NCBI GenBank assembly: GCA_951406725.2
Contig: OX597817.1
Coordinates: 25,358,001 to 25,422,000 of the forward strand
Length of the DNA stretch: 64,000 bases
Source of the DNA: Octopus vulgaris
Taxonomy: Eukaryota
Direction: 5' to 3'
Shown here piece by piece: positions 13,497 to 27,020 of the stretch. The stretch's first letter is position 1, and each line of letters begins with the position of its first letter. Below the pieces are notes generated by a model that saw nothing but the letters and a program-made list of their open reading frames with translations, ran no database searches and was not told the origin of the DNA. The translations under genes and the position numbers were made by a program.

Positions 13497-14280
13497 CACG
13501 CACGTAACTATTGCATTAAAAGTGTTTCGTTCCACAGGTCTATATATTTACAGAATGCATATTTTAATTAAATTTAACGCTGTGCGCTTATCTCATTTTT
13601 ATATACAGTATAATATTCGCAGATAGGAAATGAAGACTCAGAGTGAGTAGTATCTATACATTGTCGGAGTTTCGACAGCGATGGAGTACACCATTTAAAT
13701 ACTCACAAAGGAATTGTTTATAAATTCAGTGTTCCTTAGAGCTTATATAAATCGAATAGGTTGATTCTGGTACGATTTATAAATTATTCATGGCAACCAG
13801 TTCAGTTAACAAATTGCTAGTGCATTCAACATGTTTGCTGTCAATGCTATACTGTAAATTTTAGTCAACAGTAGAAGTAAATACTTTAGTCGTGAAGGCA
13901 CTATACTGAGGGCTTAAGCCAATCGGTTGGAATGACTTATATTGTGCATAGAAACAAGTTATTTAAATCTCTCTGTATATAAGGTGTTGCTTAAATTCTA
14001 CAGAGGTATTCCGTGCTACAGAATATCTCTATACAATTAACACAATTAACACACCAATAATGAATTAATCGAACTAGGTGGTAACAATATGTTATATATC
14101 TAAATTAATCTACTTGATTTACTGAAATTCTTAGCCATCCATAGAAGATTTTAAACGCGATGTGCTGTGGACAGTTATAGAGAGAACTCAGCGAATGATG
14201 CAATTCCAGTTTGATACTGGTTTGTTTCATAGATCTTATTTTAACGATGAAGTAACTGCATATAAAGACATGTCTTTATA

Positions 14281-14520
14281 TCTATTATATAAAATCCGTT
14301 CTGCCTGTCTGTGTGTGTGTGTCTTCTAGGATCTCGGGCATCCCCCATCCGATTGCGCTCAAATTTGATATGTAGATACCGACGGTATCAGGGCATATAT
14401 AAGTCCTGAAAAAATTACAAAAATCGATTCTAGGTGAGAATGCGATCGATAAAGCCGTGGGAACGTGCATTTGTACGCGCAAGTCAACCGGTCCAGTAAT
14501 CGAAACTACGATCTTGTGAT
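14281..14520 (+). mobile_element. 5' portion of a non-autonomous Helitron
   Basis: A|TCTATTATATAAAA start, CTGTCTGTGTGT tract and CCGATTGCGCTCAAATTTG motif, as in the complete copies at 41382 and 53571; 3' end not located. Confidence 0.6.
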
Positions 14521-15097
14521 AATGAGCACAGCATATTCACCCCCAGTCCACGCACCCTCATTCACACACATACATACACACACATCTACGTTCGTACGTA
14601 CGTATGTATTTATGTGTGTGTGTATGTATGTATGTATGTATGTATGTATGTATGTATGTATGTATGTATGTATGTATGTATGCATGTATGTGGAAAAGGA
14701 ACTCAGAAAATATAGTCAGTTTTTGTACTTTATATAATATGCGCCTGCTTTCTGAGATGGCCAGGCATCAATTACGAGAACATAACGCCTAGTTACGTAA
14801 TCAAATATCGTACGTCAGCATATAAAGTATAATATCGACTATATTTTTTGCGTCTCTTTTCTAAATATATTGTTGCATGGACTCCAGTTTCGCGCCTCTT
14901 AGGAGTTACGAAGACATTTTAACCACATTAATGATAAAAGTTGAGTGTAGAATTGATATACCTCGCCGAAAACTTTTAGAAACGCATGATAACTTTTGAC
15001 TTATCTTTTGAACTGTACAGCATTCGTAAATGCATATTTATAAGTACATTTATCATCAACTATATTTGAATCCTCATGTAGACATATATTCTTTTAT

Positions 15098-15476
15098 TAC
15101 TCTTTTACTTGTTTCAGAGCACCGCCTTTAGTCGAGCAAATCGACCCCAGGACTTATTCTTTGTAAGCCTAGTACTTACTTATTCAATCGGTCTCTTGCC
15201 GAACCGCTAAGTTACGGTGACGTAAACACACCAGCATCGGTTGCCAATCGATGTTGGGGGGGGGGGACAAGCACAGACACACAAACACATTCACACACAT
15301 ATACACATATATACGACGGCCTTCTTTCAGTTTCCGTCTACCAAATCCACTCACAAGGCTTTAATTGACCCGAGGCTAAAGTAGAAGACACTTGCCCAAG
15401 GTGCCAAGCAGTGGGGCTGAACCCGGAACCATGTGGTTGGTAAACAAGCTACTTACCACACAGCCACTCCTACGCC
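15098..15476 (-). mobile_element. SINE family B
   Basis: Matches 6001-6401. Confidence 0.9.
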
Positions 15477-16676
15477 TATATATGTGAACAAATAATGAAA
15501 AATTAAACGAAAATACTTGTAAAACAAACTCATCTGTCCTCCGTACATACACATTAACACTCACCGCTGTATGCAAAGGTACCCACGTCTAAAACTACAC
15601 ACAAACGTAGTTTAGAATATAGGAATCCCAAAACACGGAAAATACATTATCATATTTGAGGAAACTACAACAAAATAATTCAGATTAGAACTGAGTGACG
15701 GACCAGCGACATGACATAAGGGTACGAAATGACATTTTGCTGGCCTGCTTCAGTTAGTTCCATTAAATCTTGTGGTGTGTGACCAGTTGCTGTAAAGAAA
15801 AATGCCCACAAATGGTTTCAATATAATTTTAACAGAAAGATTTCGAAGAAGCAGATGAAAGCCCTTCGGTAAATTTCTTTCTTGTAAATAAATGTTTATA
15901 TTAATCTACTAATTAGTTGATTAATACAGCACCTACGTTCTCTGCAGTATATGTTTCATTGGCGGAATAGCCACCCTAGAGTACATACTTTTTTAAGTCA
16001 CGATTATACATTAAGGTCCATACAAATCGAGTACAAAAGTGAAAGCAGTATACGTTGATATGTGTGTGTATGCGCGCGTGCGTGTGTGTGTGTATGCGCG
16101 CATGCATATGTGTGTGTATGTGTATGTGTGTGTGTGTATGGGTGGGTGATTTTATAAGCGACGAATTTTGGAGCGATGTCAGCTATAAATAATAGTTTAT
16201 AATTTAAGTTAAAATGCTGAAAGGGAGACGAGAAATTTTCGCTGGTACTCGAACAACGCATCTTCCGCAGCCCAGTCAGACGAGCTACCAACTAAACTAA
16301 AACTGTCTTCTACATGTATACAAAAATATGTAGAAAAAACACACACGCCCGCACACAGACACACACAAGCCATATGCATGTATGTGTGTGTGTATGTATG
16401 TATGTATATGCATGTATGTATATGTCTCTATATATGCATACATGCAAGCCAAAGCATCAAACTATATTACATTCTGGAGACAGGTTAACAACCTAGACAG
16501 TTCGTATATGCAGCGAGAATATATTTATAGTTTAGTAACTTCAGCAGACATCTAAAAAATAGGAATCATTTATAATTCTGAGTATATACATTGGTACGAA
16601 ATTTAGTTAGCAGAGTGTAGTATAATGCAAATAATCAGGGTACGCATACATTGAAGAAAATATACTTATTTCAAAT

Positions 16677-16899
16677 ACTCTTTTACTCTTTTACTTGTTT
16701 CAGTCATTTGACAGCGGTCATGCTGGAGCACCGCCTTTAGTCGAGCAAATATATCCCAGGACTTATTCTTTGTGAGCCTAGTACTTATTCTATCGGTCTC
16801 TTTTTGCCGAACCGCTAAATTACGGAGACGTAAACACACCACCATCGGTTGCCAAGCGGTGGGGGGGGGGGAGAAACAAACATAGACACACAAACATAT

Positions 16900-16943
<44 letters not shown>

Positions 16944-17105
16944 GACGGGCTTCCTTCAGTTTCCGTCTACAAAATCCACTCACAAGGCTTTGGTCGGCCC
17001 GAGGCTATAGTAGAAGACACTTGCCCAAGGTGCCACGCTGTGGGACTGAACCCGGAACCATGTGGTTGGTAAGCAAACTACTTACCACACAGCCACTCCT
17101 GCGCC
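16677..17105 (-). mobile_element. SINE family B
   Basis: Matches 6001-6401; complete head. Confidence 0.9.
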
Positions 17106-17426
17106 AATATTTATACAGCCTGAATAAGATCATTATTTCTAGCAAAAGTGTGGTGCTCCTTGTGCATAGATCCTGCTTTCTTCTGCAAAAATACGAATGT
17201 GTCTTGTAACTCGAATAGTGGTGGTTTCCGAAGTTACGCAAAATACGAACCTGTTTTATTACTACTGCCTTTCACGCGCGCACATAGTCATACATACGCC
17301 CACATAGTCACACACACACACGCACATACACATATACACACATTTCACACACACATACACATAAGCATACATAACATTTGTGTAGTCGAGTAGTATAAGT
17401 TTGGTGGGGAGAAACAATCAGTCAGA

Positions 17427-17480
17427 AATTTACTACTGGTTTCTTGCACTCGGCAACATAGACGACTCATCAGACAAACT
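17427..17480 (-). ncRNA. Degenerate minimal hammerhead ribozyme
   Basis: Minus strand AGTTTGT-CTGATGA-...TTGC/GCAA-GAAAC-CA-GTA-GTAAATT; stem I pairs with GU wobbles, stem II closure is imperfect. Confidence 0.45.
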
Positions 17481-17746
17481 TTCCGCTCCGGTTTTATTTT
17501 TAACTGACCAAAACGCTATATCAACCTCAAACAGTAAAGAGGATATTTGCTTCCAATCACCGTGTCTGATATATTGTCTGTATTACTAAGTGCAATAGTA
17601 TACGCGAAACTAATGGTAATTTTCTGACCAGTTATGTGCCAAAAACAAATATATACTCCTCCTATTATACAATAAAAATAAGGAAAACTTCAAACACCAG
17701 TCAGAAGCAAGACAGCTGCGACATAAGACATGTCTTTTTATTTGAA

Positions 17747-17785
17747 CATTTTGAAAATCGGTGTAAACTGTGAAACCGGTTAAAG
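17747..17785 (+). ncRNA. Degenerate minimal hammerhead-like motif (U3-A8 core)
   Basis: CATT-TTGAAAA-TCGG-TGTAAA-CTGT-GAAA-CCGG-TT-AAAG, with palindromic ACCGGT stem III. Confidence 0.4.
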
Positions 17786-17881
17786 CTTTAAATATATTAA
17801 TACAAAAGAATTTACTTTTCTCAGTGCATTTTCAACTTATATTATCCTATAATTCTACCCGTGTGGAATAAAATAACTGTG

Positions 17882-17921
<40 letters not shown>

Positions 17922-17922
<1 letters not shown>

Positions 17923-18070
17923 CGCCGAGATCGACTTTGACTTTCATCCTTTCGGTGTCGATAAATTTAGTACCAGTTACGCACTGAGGTCGATGTAATC
18001 GGCTTAATCCCTTTGTCTGTCCTTGTTTGTCCCCTCTATGTTTAGCACATTGTGGGCAATAAAGAAATAA
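17922..18070 (+). mobile_element. SINE family A, 5'-truncated
   Basis: Body and tail only. Confidence 0.85.
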
Positions 18071-18614
18071 TATATGTGTATGTCTGGGTGTATTGTGTAT
18101 ATGTGTGTGCATGTATATGTACACAAAACTGTTTGGCTAAGTATTCGCTTTTCTGTTTTTTCTTATTTTTCTTTCTTCTTTCTTTTCTTCTTTTGCTTTC
18201 TTTTCCCTCTAAGCGGTTATGAAAGCGGAAGCTGATTAAGTCATTTTATCTATAGAGAAACGCATAATTTCCACGTTCATATTTGAATTTATGCGTTCCT
18301 GCAGTCTTGTTTGCATTTTATTCATTCCCTAACTAGACGGGCATATAACAACATAACAGCCGACACTCAAGCTCTTTAGTGAGACAAATCTTTATCTATG
18401 GATATACTTGATGAAACCCTGACTGCAAAATGGACGCAGCACAACATGTTGAACAGTCCCACACATAAGGGACAATAGCAGGGCGATTCGAAACGAATGC
18501 TGTTCAGAATATAGTTAAATACCAAATGCATCTTCTTGTTACTTTATATATTGCCATGCTTGACCGCTAAATCCATAAGTTTTTTATTCTCTCTCTGTTT
18601 ATTTCCTCGAAATC

Positions 18615-18650
18615 CTTTCTGTTGAAGAGCGTAGTCTCGAAACGTAAAAA
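18615..18650 (+). ncRNA. Minimal hammerhead-like motif (A6U) in a pLTR-like repeat
   Basis: TTT-CTGTTGA-A-GAG-CGTAGT-CTC-GAAA-CG-TA-AAA. Confidence 0.55.
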
Positions 18651-18732
18651 TCTTTCTCACTTTCCCGATCGTCAAACTAATTCGCCCGCTTGTTCATACA
18701 CCTGTCTTCGTTTTTTGAGTAAATTTCAACTG

Positions 18733-18858
<126 letters not shown>

Positions 18859-18859
18859 A

Positions 18860-18902
<43 letters not shown>

Positions 18903-18986
18903 TAGACATGTGTCGCCATGATAGATCGTTAGCCACTACACACATTTTTTTCTCTCCTTGTTTCTCTCATTGTTTTTTCTGTGTCC

Positions 18987-19022
18987 CTTTCTGTAGAAGA
19001 GCGTAGGCTCGAAACGTAAAAG
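18987..19022 (+). ncRNA. Minimal hammerhead-like motif (A6U), second tandem copy
   Basis: CTTT-CTGTAGA-A-GAGC-GTAG-GCTC-GAAA-CG-TA-AAAG; stems I and II pair perfectly. Confidence 0.6.
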
Positions 19023-19116
19023 ACTTTTTCTTTTTCTGAGCGTTATACTAATACATCTGTTTGTTTTGTACACCACCTGTCTTCGTCTTTTGTTTATTTT
19101 TTTTGTTAACTCTCCC

Positions 19117-19154
<38 letters not shown>

Positions 19155-19221
19155 CATACATACATACATACATACATACATACATACATACATACATACA
19201 TACATACATACATACCTATAG

Positions 19222-19352
19222 ATGTACACCGACGGATGATCCTAAACCAGTTAAGTATCCCACCCGTAGGGGATCGATGCTAGATGGTTCGTAACAGTTG
19301 TTGTGATTAATAAAAATTCTCATATCTTCCATCTTCCGTCTCTCTCATTAAC
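19222..19352 (+). repeat. Solo copy of the arm sequence of the 48205-48783 foldback (pLTR-like)
   Basis: ...AAACCAGTT..ATCCCACCC..GGGATCGATGCTA...GATTAATAAAAATTCTCATATCTTCCATCTTC aligns to both arms at 48.2-48.8 kb. Confidence 0.75.
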
Positions 19353-19837
19353 CAAATACAAATAGATATAGATATATAAAGAGAGAAAAGAGGGGAAGAC
19401 AGACACTCAGATTATAGACAGGAGAGAGAGAGAAACGGATAGATTTTGGGGTGCATGCGAGTGTATTTAAATTCTCAATACGGAGAATATTTTTCTTCTT
19501 TTTCTTTATTTTAAATGAATGATAGTCTTGTAAGCCTATTAGTATTTCGAACTCACAAAACTTAAACATTGTGAAAAAGAAATTAAGATATATTTGAAAC
19601 ATTCTCAAAGCTAGTTTAGTCGAAGTTGAACATACTATGATCAACGGAAAAGAAATTTAAATCTACTGCCAATTGAGACAGCCTACATCTTCAGTGATCA
19701 CTTCATAATATTTAGAAAATATCTCTCTCATTACGATCCGTACTTCCCGTACAGTCGTCATCAGCAATCACCTGGCGTAAGCAATTTTTAATGGTTTTTC
19801 TGCGTGTGGTTCAAAATTCATTTCTTGTCCGTCGCCT

Positions 19838-20173
19838 TGTTGTTGTTGGTAACCTGTGAAATTCAATTATTTTCTCGTCGTCCCAGCAAGGCGTAATTGT
19901 ATTGATTTTTTTTCTTTTGGTTTTGAGTAAATCTGTTAAGAGGTATTATGTATTTAAATAAGGCTAGACAAAAGCATCAACAAGGTGGAGATTTTTTTAT
20001 GGAAAATATAGTACATTTATTTAAATGTATAAGTATTATAGATTCACATACCTTAGATATAGTACGCATTGCCTCTTAACACATTTTCCCAGAACTTAAA
20101 AAACATAAACACGGTTACATTTCACGGGGACGACAAGAAGATAATTGAATTTTGCAAGTTTATTAACAACAGG
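19838..20173. repeat. Imperfect inverted repeat (arms about 19838-19963 and 20051-20173)
   Basis: AAATTCAATTATTTTCTCGTCGTCCC versus GGGACGACAAGAAGATAATTGAATTT; GTTAAGAGG versus CCTCTTAAC. Confidence 0.75.
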
Positions 20174-20319
20174 AAGAAAAAATTAACTTTGTGCCAATGA
20201 TAGAACTACTATTAAATATTTGATATACGTCGAATGACTGTTGATTATGACTGATCATGTTATGAATATATGGTAAGAATGTTTTCCAACCAAAATATGG
20301 TGACCAAGGAAAATGTTGT

Positions 20320-22600
20320 GTTTAATCTTTGTAGGCAGTTTAAATCGTCTTATTATCAACACGCAGTCAACTACGACTGTTTTTTGTGGAAGATTAAATT
20401 TGCACGTATCTATATGTACACAAATGTTTGTCGCCAGTGAAAAAGCACGTTGTTTCCTCTGTGTGATGTCATTACCTGTTTAAAGTCACTCTAAATTTTC
20501 TTACATAATTTTCTTTTGCATCTTGAACAAGCTGTTACATAAATTCGGTTTCTAGATTCAAAGGTAGACGAATGTTTTTTTAGTTTGAAACATCGTCCTT
20601 GATTAAAACCAGATGCTACTCCATCGGACAATAAAAAAAATATTCTCCATTTTGATCACTTAGTTTTCTTAACTTTTGGTTAAGTGGTCCATTAATATAA
20701 TTAAGCATTTGTTGATATTTTTCGTGGCTTTAGTTGTATTATAATTTTATAAAAGTATGTGTCTGTAAACTCTATTACAGACAGGCATTCGTTTTACAGC
20801 ACCGGTACATTTTGAAAGTAATATTTCTAGGCTCATTGCCTAATGTTATGAATGGAAACACGTGGATATATTTTCAGTTCAGGTATATCATTTTATTTTT
20901 TTATTTTAACATTTAAGCATCAATTGTCTTGACTCATCAAAACATCTATTATGGATAGTAGATAATGTTGATATGTGAACCTTCAAGTTCTTAAAATACA
21001 TATCAAGAGTACTTTATTGGACACAATCCAGTACAACCTTCAGGATAAATTAAAAGTAATATTTGTTCTAGTGTGCTTCAGGTGAAATAGTAAATGATGG
21101 ATATTGTTCGTGACTGAAGATTTCTATGAGTGTTTTATTATTACAATATCTATAAAGAAGTTTTATTTGGAACGCATTTCATTATGAATTTTATATTATC
21201 CTTTTCATCAAGTAATATTTTTAAATTCTTGTAATTTCTTCAGGGTATCATTCGGCTCCATAGTGCAGTCATCTAGTAATCATTTTAGGTCCTCATTTAT
21301 ATATTAATAGTAAGTTTTTGTATTTATATAGCGACTCTGAATTATTTTTAATGTCCTTATATCCCATAACTGAATTTACGAAGGTTGAGGCCTCTGAACT
21401 TCCTATTGCAGTTACAAATATTTGTCGGTAAAAGATTTGAAGAATTAATTTTGAATTTTAAGTTAATTAATTTTCAAAGTGTTCTGGAATATAATTTTCA
21501 AATGTCTTCAGCCAGAATTTTATAGCGTCTATTCAATGGTCAGGAGGTATATTGCTATAAAGATCCTTACACCTAAAGATGTAGCAAATAATTTATCATT
21601 GACCCTTTTCAGAAAGTGATTCAGTATATCTAGATGGTTTCATGTGCCTAAGGAATAGTTTCTTTAAGATGACTAAAACATAACTCAAGAAATTAATTTT
21701 CCTTGTTGGAACAACTATTATTATTAGCTTTAAACTTAAGCCATTCTGTGATGGAATGTTAATACATATACTTGTGAATTTTTTCAGATGTTCTTTTGCT
21801 TCGTATGTTCTGTTGCCTTTGCGAGTTTTTACTAATCATATCATTATATTTCATATCTAAATCACTTACCGAACAACCTTTTTATTGGTTTTAGCATAAA
21901 TAAAACAAAATGTTAAAGCTATTCGGTATCTATACATGTAACTGATCTGCATTTATCGGTTTCAACAATTGTGAATTCGTTATTCTTTTATAATTCTCTC
22001 TTCTTCTTTTTTTAACAATTTAATTGTGGTTGAAGTGTAAAAAAATTCATTTTGTTTTATGTATGATATATGTGACCCCCTTCGGTCAGACACTGACCAT
22101 GGGTTTGTACCTAGTAAGTTACCCTCTGAGGCACAAGTCTGGGCAAGGTTGTTTTTATGGAAGACCAGCAGTCGCCCATGCATACCGGCCTCCCCTCTCC
22201 ACGTCACCGATGTTGTCCAATGGAAAGGCAAGGGCCGATACAGCTTGGCACCAGTGACGTCGCAACTCATTTCTACAGCTGAGTGAACTGGAGCAACGTG
22301 AAATAAAGTGTCTTGCTCAAGAACACAACACGCAGCCCGGTCCGGGATTCGAGCTCACAACCTCACGATCGTAAGCGCGACGCTCTAACCACTGAGCCAG
22401 GAAGATTCAAAAACACATCACATGGTTCATCTTTACGTTTTCTTAAAGAACCATAGCCTTCGTTTCTAAATAATTCATAATCGTTATTCTTTTCAAGTAA
22501 TTCATGTGAGTTTCAATTCTCTACAGGATTCAGAAATGTCATCATTAATTGCAATTAATGAACAGCAGCTTCAGTAGGAGATTTATGAAGAAGCACTACA
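20320..22600 (-). pseudogene. Heavily decayed Penelope-like element RT plus GIY-YIG ORF (Neptune/Poseidon type)
   Basis: Minus-strand frames give, in order, TIVETDKC (ADKG), LDILNH, LYSNIPPDH*IDAIKFWL, TAIGSSEASTFVNSVMGY, *LLDDC, NIKFIM, HTRTNITFNLS*R, then RIYVTACSRCK/ENYV. Not detected by the ORF track. Confidence 0.85.
22072..22400 (-). mobile_element. tRNA-headed SINE with Meta-like core and a distinct tail, inserted in the Penelope remnant
   Basis: TGGCTCAGTGGTTAGAGCG A box, GAGCTCGAATCC B box, GTGTTCTTGAGCAAGACACTTTATTTCACGTTGCTCCAG core shared with family C. Confidence 0.88.
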
Positions 22601-22789
22601 AGATCCAATTTAAGCAATTTAATAAGGCCAATACTAAGGTGTCTTAGCCATGACAGCACTTTCGTTGGAAGATATCAAAAAGCTGCAACAAAATTATATC
22701 CTTTTTTTCTTTCGTGTATGTTTTATTATAAAAGAAAATTTCGTGAAGAAGCTCTTAAGGATTGCAAGAAGTGTATAATTGAATTTGAT

Positions 22790-22921
22790 GCTGATGACAT
22801 GTTTCGAATTTATAATTATTACTGAAGGACTTCTAAAATCTACTTTGCTATTTAAAAAATACAGCTCTTAGGGAGGGTGCCTAAGGTCTCCTGTACTCTA
22901 AGTATATTTCTCAGCAGGTAA
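22790..22921 (-). ncRNA. Degenerate hammerhead with long stem II upstream of the Penelope ORF (5' pLTR position)
   Basis: CTGCTGA-GAAATATA...TACAG..CTTAGG/CCTAAG..CTGTA...TATAAATTC-GAAA-CATG-TC; stem I is weak. Confidence 0.45.
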
Positions 22922-23309
22922 ACAAGCAGGTAAAATTGTTTTTCAAATCTGAAACATATAAAATTTTAATGGGCACAAAAAAAAAAAATGCAAAATAAAA
23001 TGAAAGGTTTCATATCAACACATGTTCAGTTATCATCTTTTTGGATTAGGGAGAAAATTTGAAAAGATATTTCGTTTTGGGATTTGGTTTGCAAGATTCT
23101 TTATGTGAGTTCGTGTGTTGAAGCATATTCTGTTGTGTCTGGGGATAGCCATTCTCTTTTATTGCCTAATAGATCAACACACTCACCGGTAAAATTTCCA
23201 CTCATTTACTTATTTATTTTTCTAATATTTTCGTTGCGTCTAACAACCTTTTAAATAGTTGTTGACTCTTGTTTGTTGGTGCGCATGTGTGTGGGTCAGT
23301 GTGTGAGAT

Positions 23310-23626
23310 CAAGGAGCACTCTGTCGGTTTCGACGACAAGGGTCCCAGCTGATAAGATCAACGGAAGAGCTTGCTCGTGAAATTAACGTGCGAGTGGTTG
23401 AGTATTCCACAGACACGTGTACTCTTAACGTAGTTCTCTGTGAAATTCGACGTGACAAAGTTGGCTCTTTTGAAATACAAGTACTACTTACTTTTGCCAG
23501 CTGAGTGGACTGGAACAACGTGAAATAAAGTGTCTTGCTGAAGGACATAACGTGTCGTCGGGAATTGAACTCACGACCTTACGATCGTGAGCCGAATGCC
23601 CTAACCACTAAGCCACGCGCCTTCAC
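23310..23626 (-). mobile_element. tRNA-headed SINE with Meta-like core and a third tail type
   Basis: Head and core like family C, different 3' half; short TSD GTGTGAGAT on both sides. Confidence 0.88.
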
Positions 23627-23883
23627 AGTGTGAGATAGATATAGTGAAACTTTGATATGCCAAGATTTGAAAAATTTATGGGACATGTATTGTAACCTAA
23701 AAATTCATAAAAGTATTAACGGTTCTTATTTTGTTATTTGTTTGTCTGTTTGGGAGTAAGTATATATAACAACGTCTGTTTCAACATACGGTTCCACGTC
23801 AGAGAATCTTATATCTCGAACTGCTTGTAAGTCACATTCAAATGTGGGCGTGTGTGTCTGTGTATGTGTACATACTGTATATA

Positions 23884-24246
23884 TTCTTTTAGTTCTTTCA
23901 GTCATTCGACTGTAGCCGTGCTGGAACACCGCTTTGAAGGAATTTACTCAATCAAAATCGAGACCAGGACTTATTTTGTTAAGCCTCGTGCTAATTCTAC
24001 CGGTTACTAAATGGCGGCGAGTTAAACACACCAACATCGGTTGTTAAGCGGCAATGGGGAGACAAACACAGACGGAAATCTATATATACAACGGGCTTCT
24101 TTCAGTTTCTATTAACCAAATCCACTCACAAATTTGGTCAGTCCGAGACTATGGTAGAAGACATATACTGAAGGTGCCTCACAGTAGGACTGAACCCAGA
24201 ATCATGAGATTGGGAAGCAAACTTCTTACCACACAGCCACGCCTGC
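23884..24246 (-). mobile_element. SINE family B, diverged copy
   Basis: Aligns to 6001-6401 with many substitutions. Confidence 0.82.
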
Positions 24247-24329
24247 CTGTATGTATATATATATATATATATATGATTGATTGATTGATTGATTCTAGTT
24301 TCAGCTTATGAGCTGTGGCCATGCTGGGG

Positions 24330-24387
<58 letters not shown>

Positions 24388-24576
24388 CATTAAAAGGCTT
24401 CCAAATAAAGAAGCGAGTGCTAGATACACAAAAAGGGGATAAACTTATGAAATGGAATGAAAATCAAAAGCCTTTTAATGTATTTATATATGAATAACGT
24501 ATAGTCTAATGACTAATTCGTCTTTTGTGCTAGGTCACTGGTAATAATAATTTATTTTTATTACCCTATTTACTAT

Positions 24577-24625
<49 letters not shown>

Positions 24626-24758
24626 CGTATACACACACATATATATATATGTATATATGTATGTATGTATTTATGTATATATGTGTATACTTATTTATGT
24701 TTGTATGTATATATATACATATATAAGTATATCAATCTATTTATCTACTCCCTCTCTT

Positions 24759-24802
<44 letters not shown>

Positions 24803-24831
24803 GAAAGAGAAAGTGGGAGATAGATAGGTAA

Positions 24832-24924
<93 letters not shown>

Positions 24925-24952
24925 AAAAAGAAAAACATACGAATAGGTTTAC

Positions 24953-25078
24953 TGGTACTGCTACAATTGTTTCCTTACGAGTTCTTTACTGTTACGTTAA
25001 CATGGTACATTTAGATAGTATGCACGACTCACGATTATGTATTACATTATGTTACTCTCAACTCACCAGGCTTACCAA
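24953..25078 (-). ncRNA. Degenerate hammerhead, left arm of the foldback
   Basis: GGTAAGC-CTGGTGA...GAAAC-AATT-GTA-GCAGTACC, with palindromic ACAATTGT. Confidence 0.55.
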
Positions 25079-26649
25079 ATACATGTGTGAGCAGTTGATT
25101 AATCAACATGTCACTGCTCGTCATCATCAGGAACGAAAATTTATAATCAGATTTATCAATATTAGAAAACAGTAAAGTGACCGGGTCTACAATTTGTCAA
25201 TCTCGAGGGTGGGTTGCAAAATGATGTTGTAAATTAAAGAATAGTAAAAGAGCATTTCTATTCAAAAGATGTCATTAAACTTATCAAACTCTCTTATAGA
25301 GGCTAGTACTAGCAAAACAGTTTTATATTCTTGTTGCTGATAACAGGTACGAAGCATGACATTTGGCCCTATCAAAACATATTATAGAACAAATGCTGGC
25401 TTAATTCTAAGAATAACATTTACTGTGTTTTATTTTTTAGTGCATTATGGAGGTATATAGTTAATAAATTCCAGCGTTACTTATTCATTCTAGTAATTCA
25501 AAATAATTAAAGTTCTCCGATTTATTATTGCAGAACTAACGCAATTTTTGTTTTAGTTAAGCGGGATCCAGCTAATTTTGATTACAAGAAATAACTTTAA
25601 AAAAACTCCATAGGATAACGATAAAATGTCAGAGGAGAGGATGGGGAAAAATTGAAAGAAAGGAAAAGGAAAAGAATATAATCAATATATAGAAATAGCC
25701 ATAATCACAGTGCCAACAATGATAACTTTTAAATGCTTAAAAAGAAACAGAATAAGATAAATCAAATAAACAATGTTGTCGACTCATTGACGGAAAGAAG
25801 ATATTGGCATAAACAAATGAATGTGTCATCTAGCTTAATGAAAGCAGTTTAGGCAATAATCAGTAATGACATAAAGATATAAATTTATGATAGTTAAGAA
25901 TTGGATTTTAGAAAAACCAGTTCTTTAACCGTAATGAAGTTACGAGTTGAAATACTAGAAATAAGAGAGATGGAAAAAATAGAACCGATATTCCCGATAA
26001 AAAAAGACGAAGTCCCGAATCCTAACGTTTGTGTTTACCAACATTGTCTAAATGCTATTGACAGTAAAACAAATCAAGTAAAATTTTATAGAGTCAGTAG
26101 ATAGGCTAGATCCTTTTTAGATTAGTTTAAAATTATGTGAAGTATTAAGAAAATGGTAAAATAACTTGTGAGAATTAAAGAAAATTTGCCGGAACTAGGG
26201 AGAATCAAACAAACATAAAATATATCACCTACAACTAGAAGCAAATTAAATAGAGTTATTTAATTAAATTATAGGAAAAAAATGAATTATAGAAAATTAT
26301 TGTCATTGTACCTGCCGTTAGAACTAAGTGTAAGCAAAGTAGTCTCTATTTAAAAACGGAAGAAGTGGAACTTATCTAAAAGAAAATATATAAATTAGTT
26401 TTAATATTACATTTATAAACAGCGTTATAAATAAATTATCATACATTAATATTTCAATAATGTAATTGAAGTCGGGTATTGGGATTTTGTCGGTTACGTA
26501 TCTCATACCGTTATGATGTACGCAGCTATAATCTGTAGAATTGTTATGTGCATTGGCTATTCCGTCAACACTCATAATACCATAATTCATACTGATGTTA
26601 ATATAGATAGCTCTCATTCTCTCAAGTGTTCCAAAATGATTACAAACGT

Positions 26650-26727
<78 letters not shown>

Positions 26728-26757
26728 AGTTGCAGATGTTACCATAACTATCACTGC

Positions 26758-27020
26758 AATTTTTGAACTGAGATTACGTAATTATCTTCATACATATAGA
26801 ATGACAAAAAAAAGCGAAAATAGCATCGCTCTCCATGAATTTCAGGGAGTTAAAGGATATAAAGACTGATTCTCACCCCCCCCCTCGTAGAGCATCGCTA
26901 GACATGCTAAGCCATATATTAGTGATAGATACAGCTGCATTCTCTGCTCTTTTGCATTGTTAGAAATTTTAAAATGCACGGGTGATGTTATTAGTGAATT
27001 AAGGATCACATGCCCGCACC
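26758..27020 (+). pseudogene. C-terminal half of a Penelope (Naiad-like) GIY-YIG endonuclease
   Basis: FELRLRNYLHTYR..NSIAL then, in another frame, *SIARHAKPYISDRYSCILC..LEILK..SELRITCPH; parallels WSIV..PY..CKLC..CRH of the element at 29.6 kb. Confidence 0.75.

Noticed and set aside
22330-22400. tRNA genes at SINE heads (also 8960-9030, 23560-23626, 49099-49170)
   Set aside because: A and B boxes are present but there is no complete cloverleaf; each continues into a SINE body, usually with a TSD.
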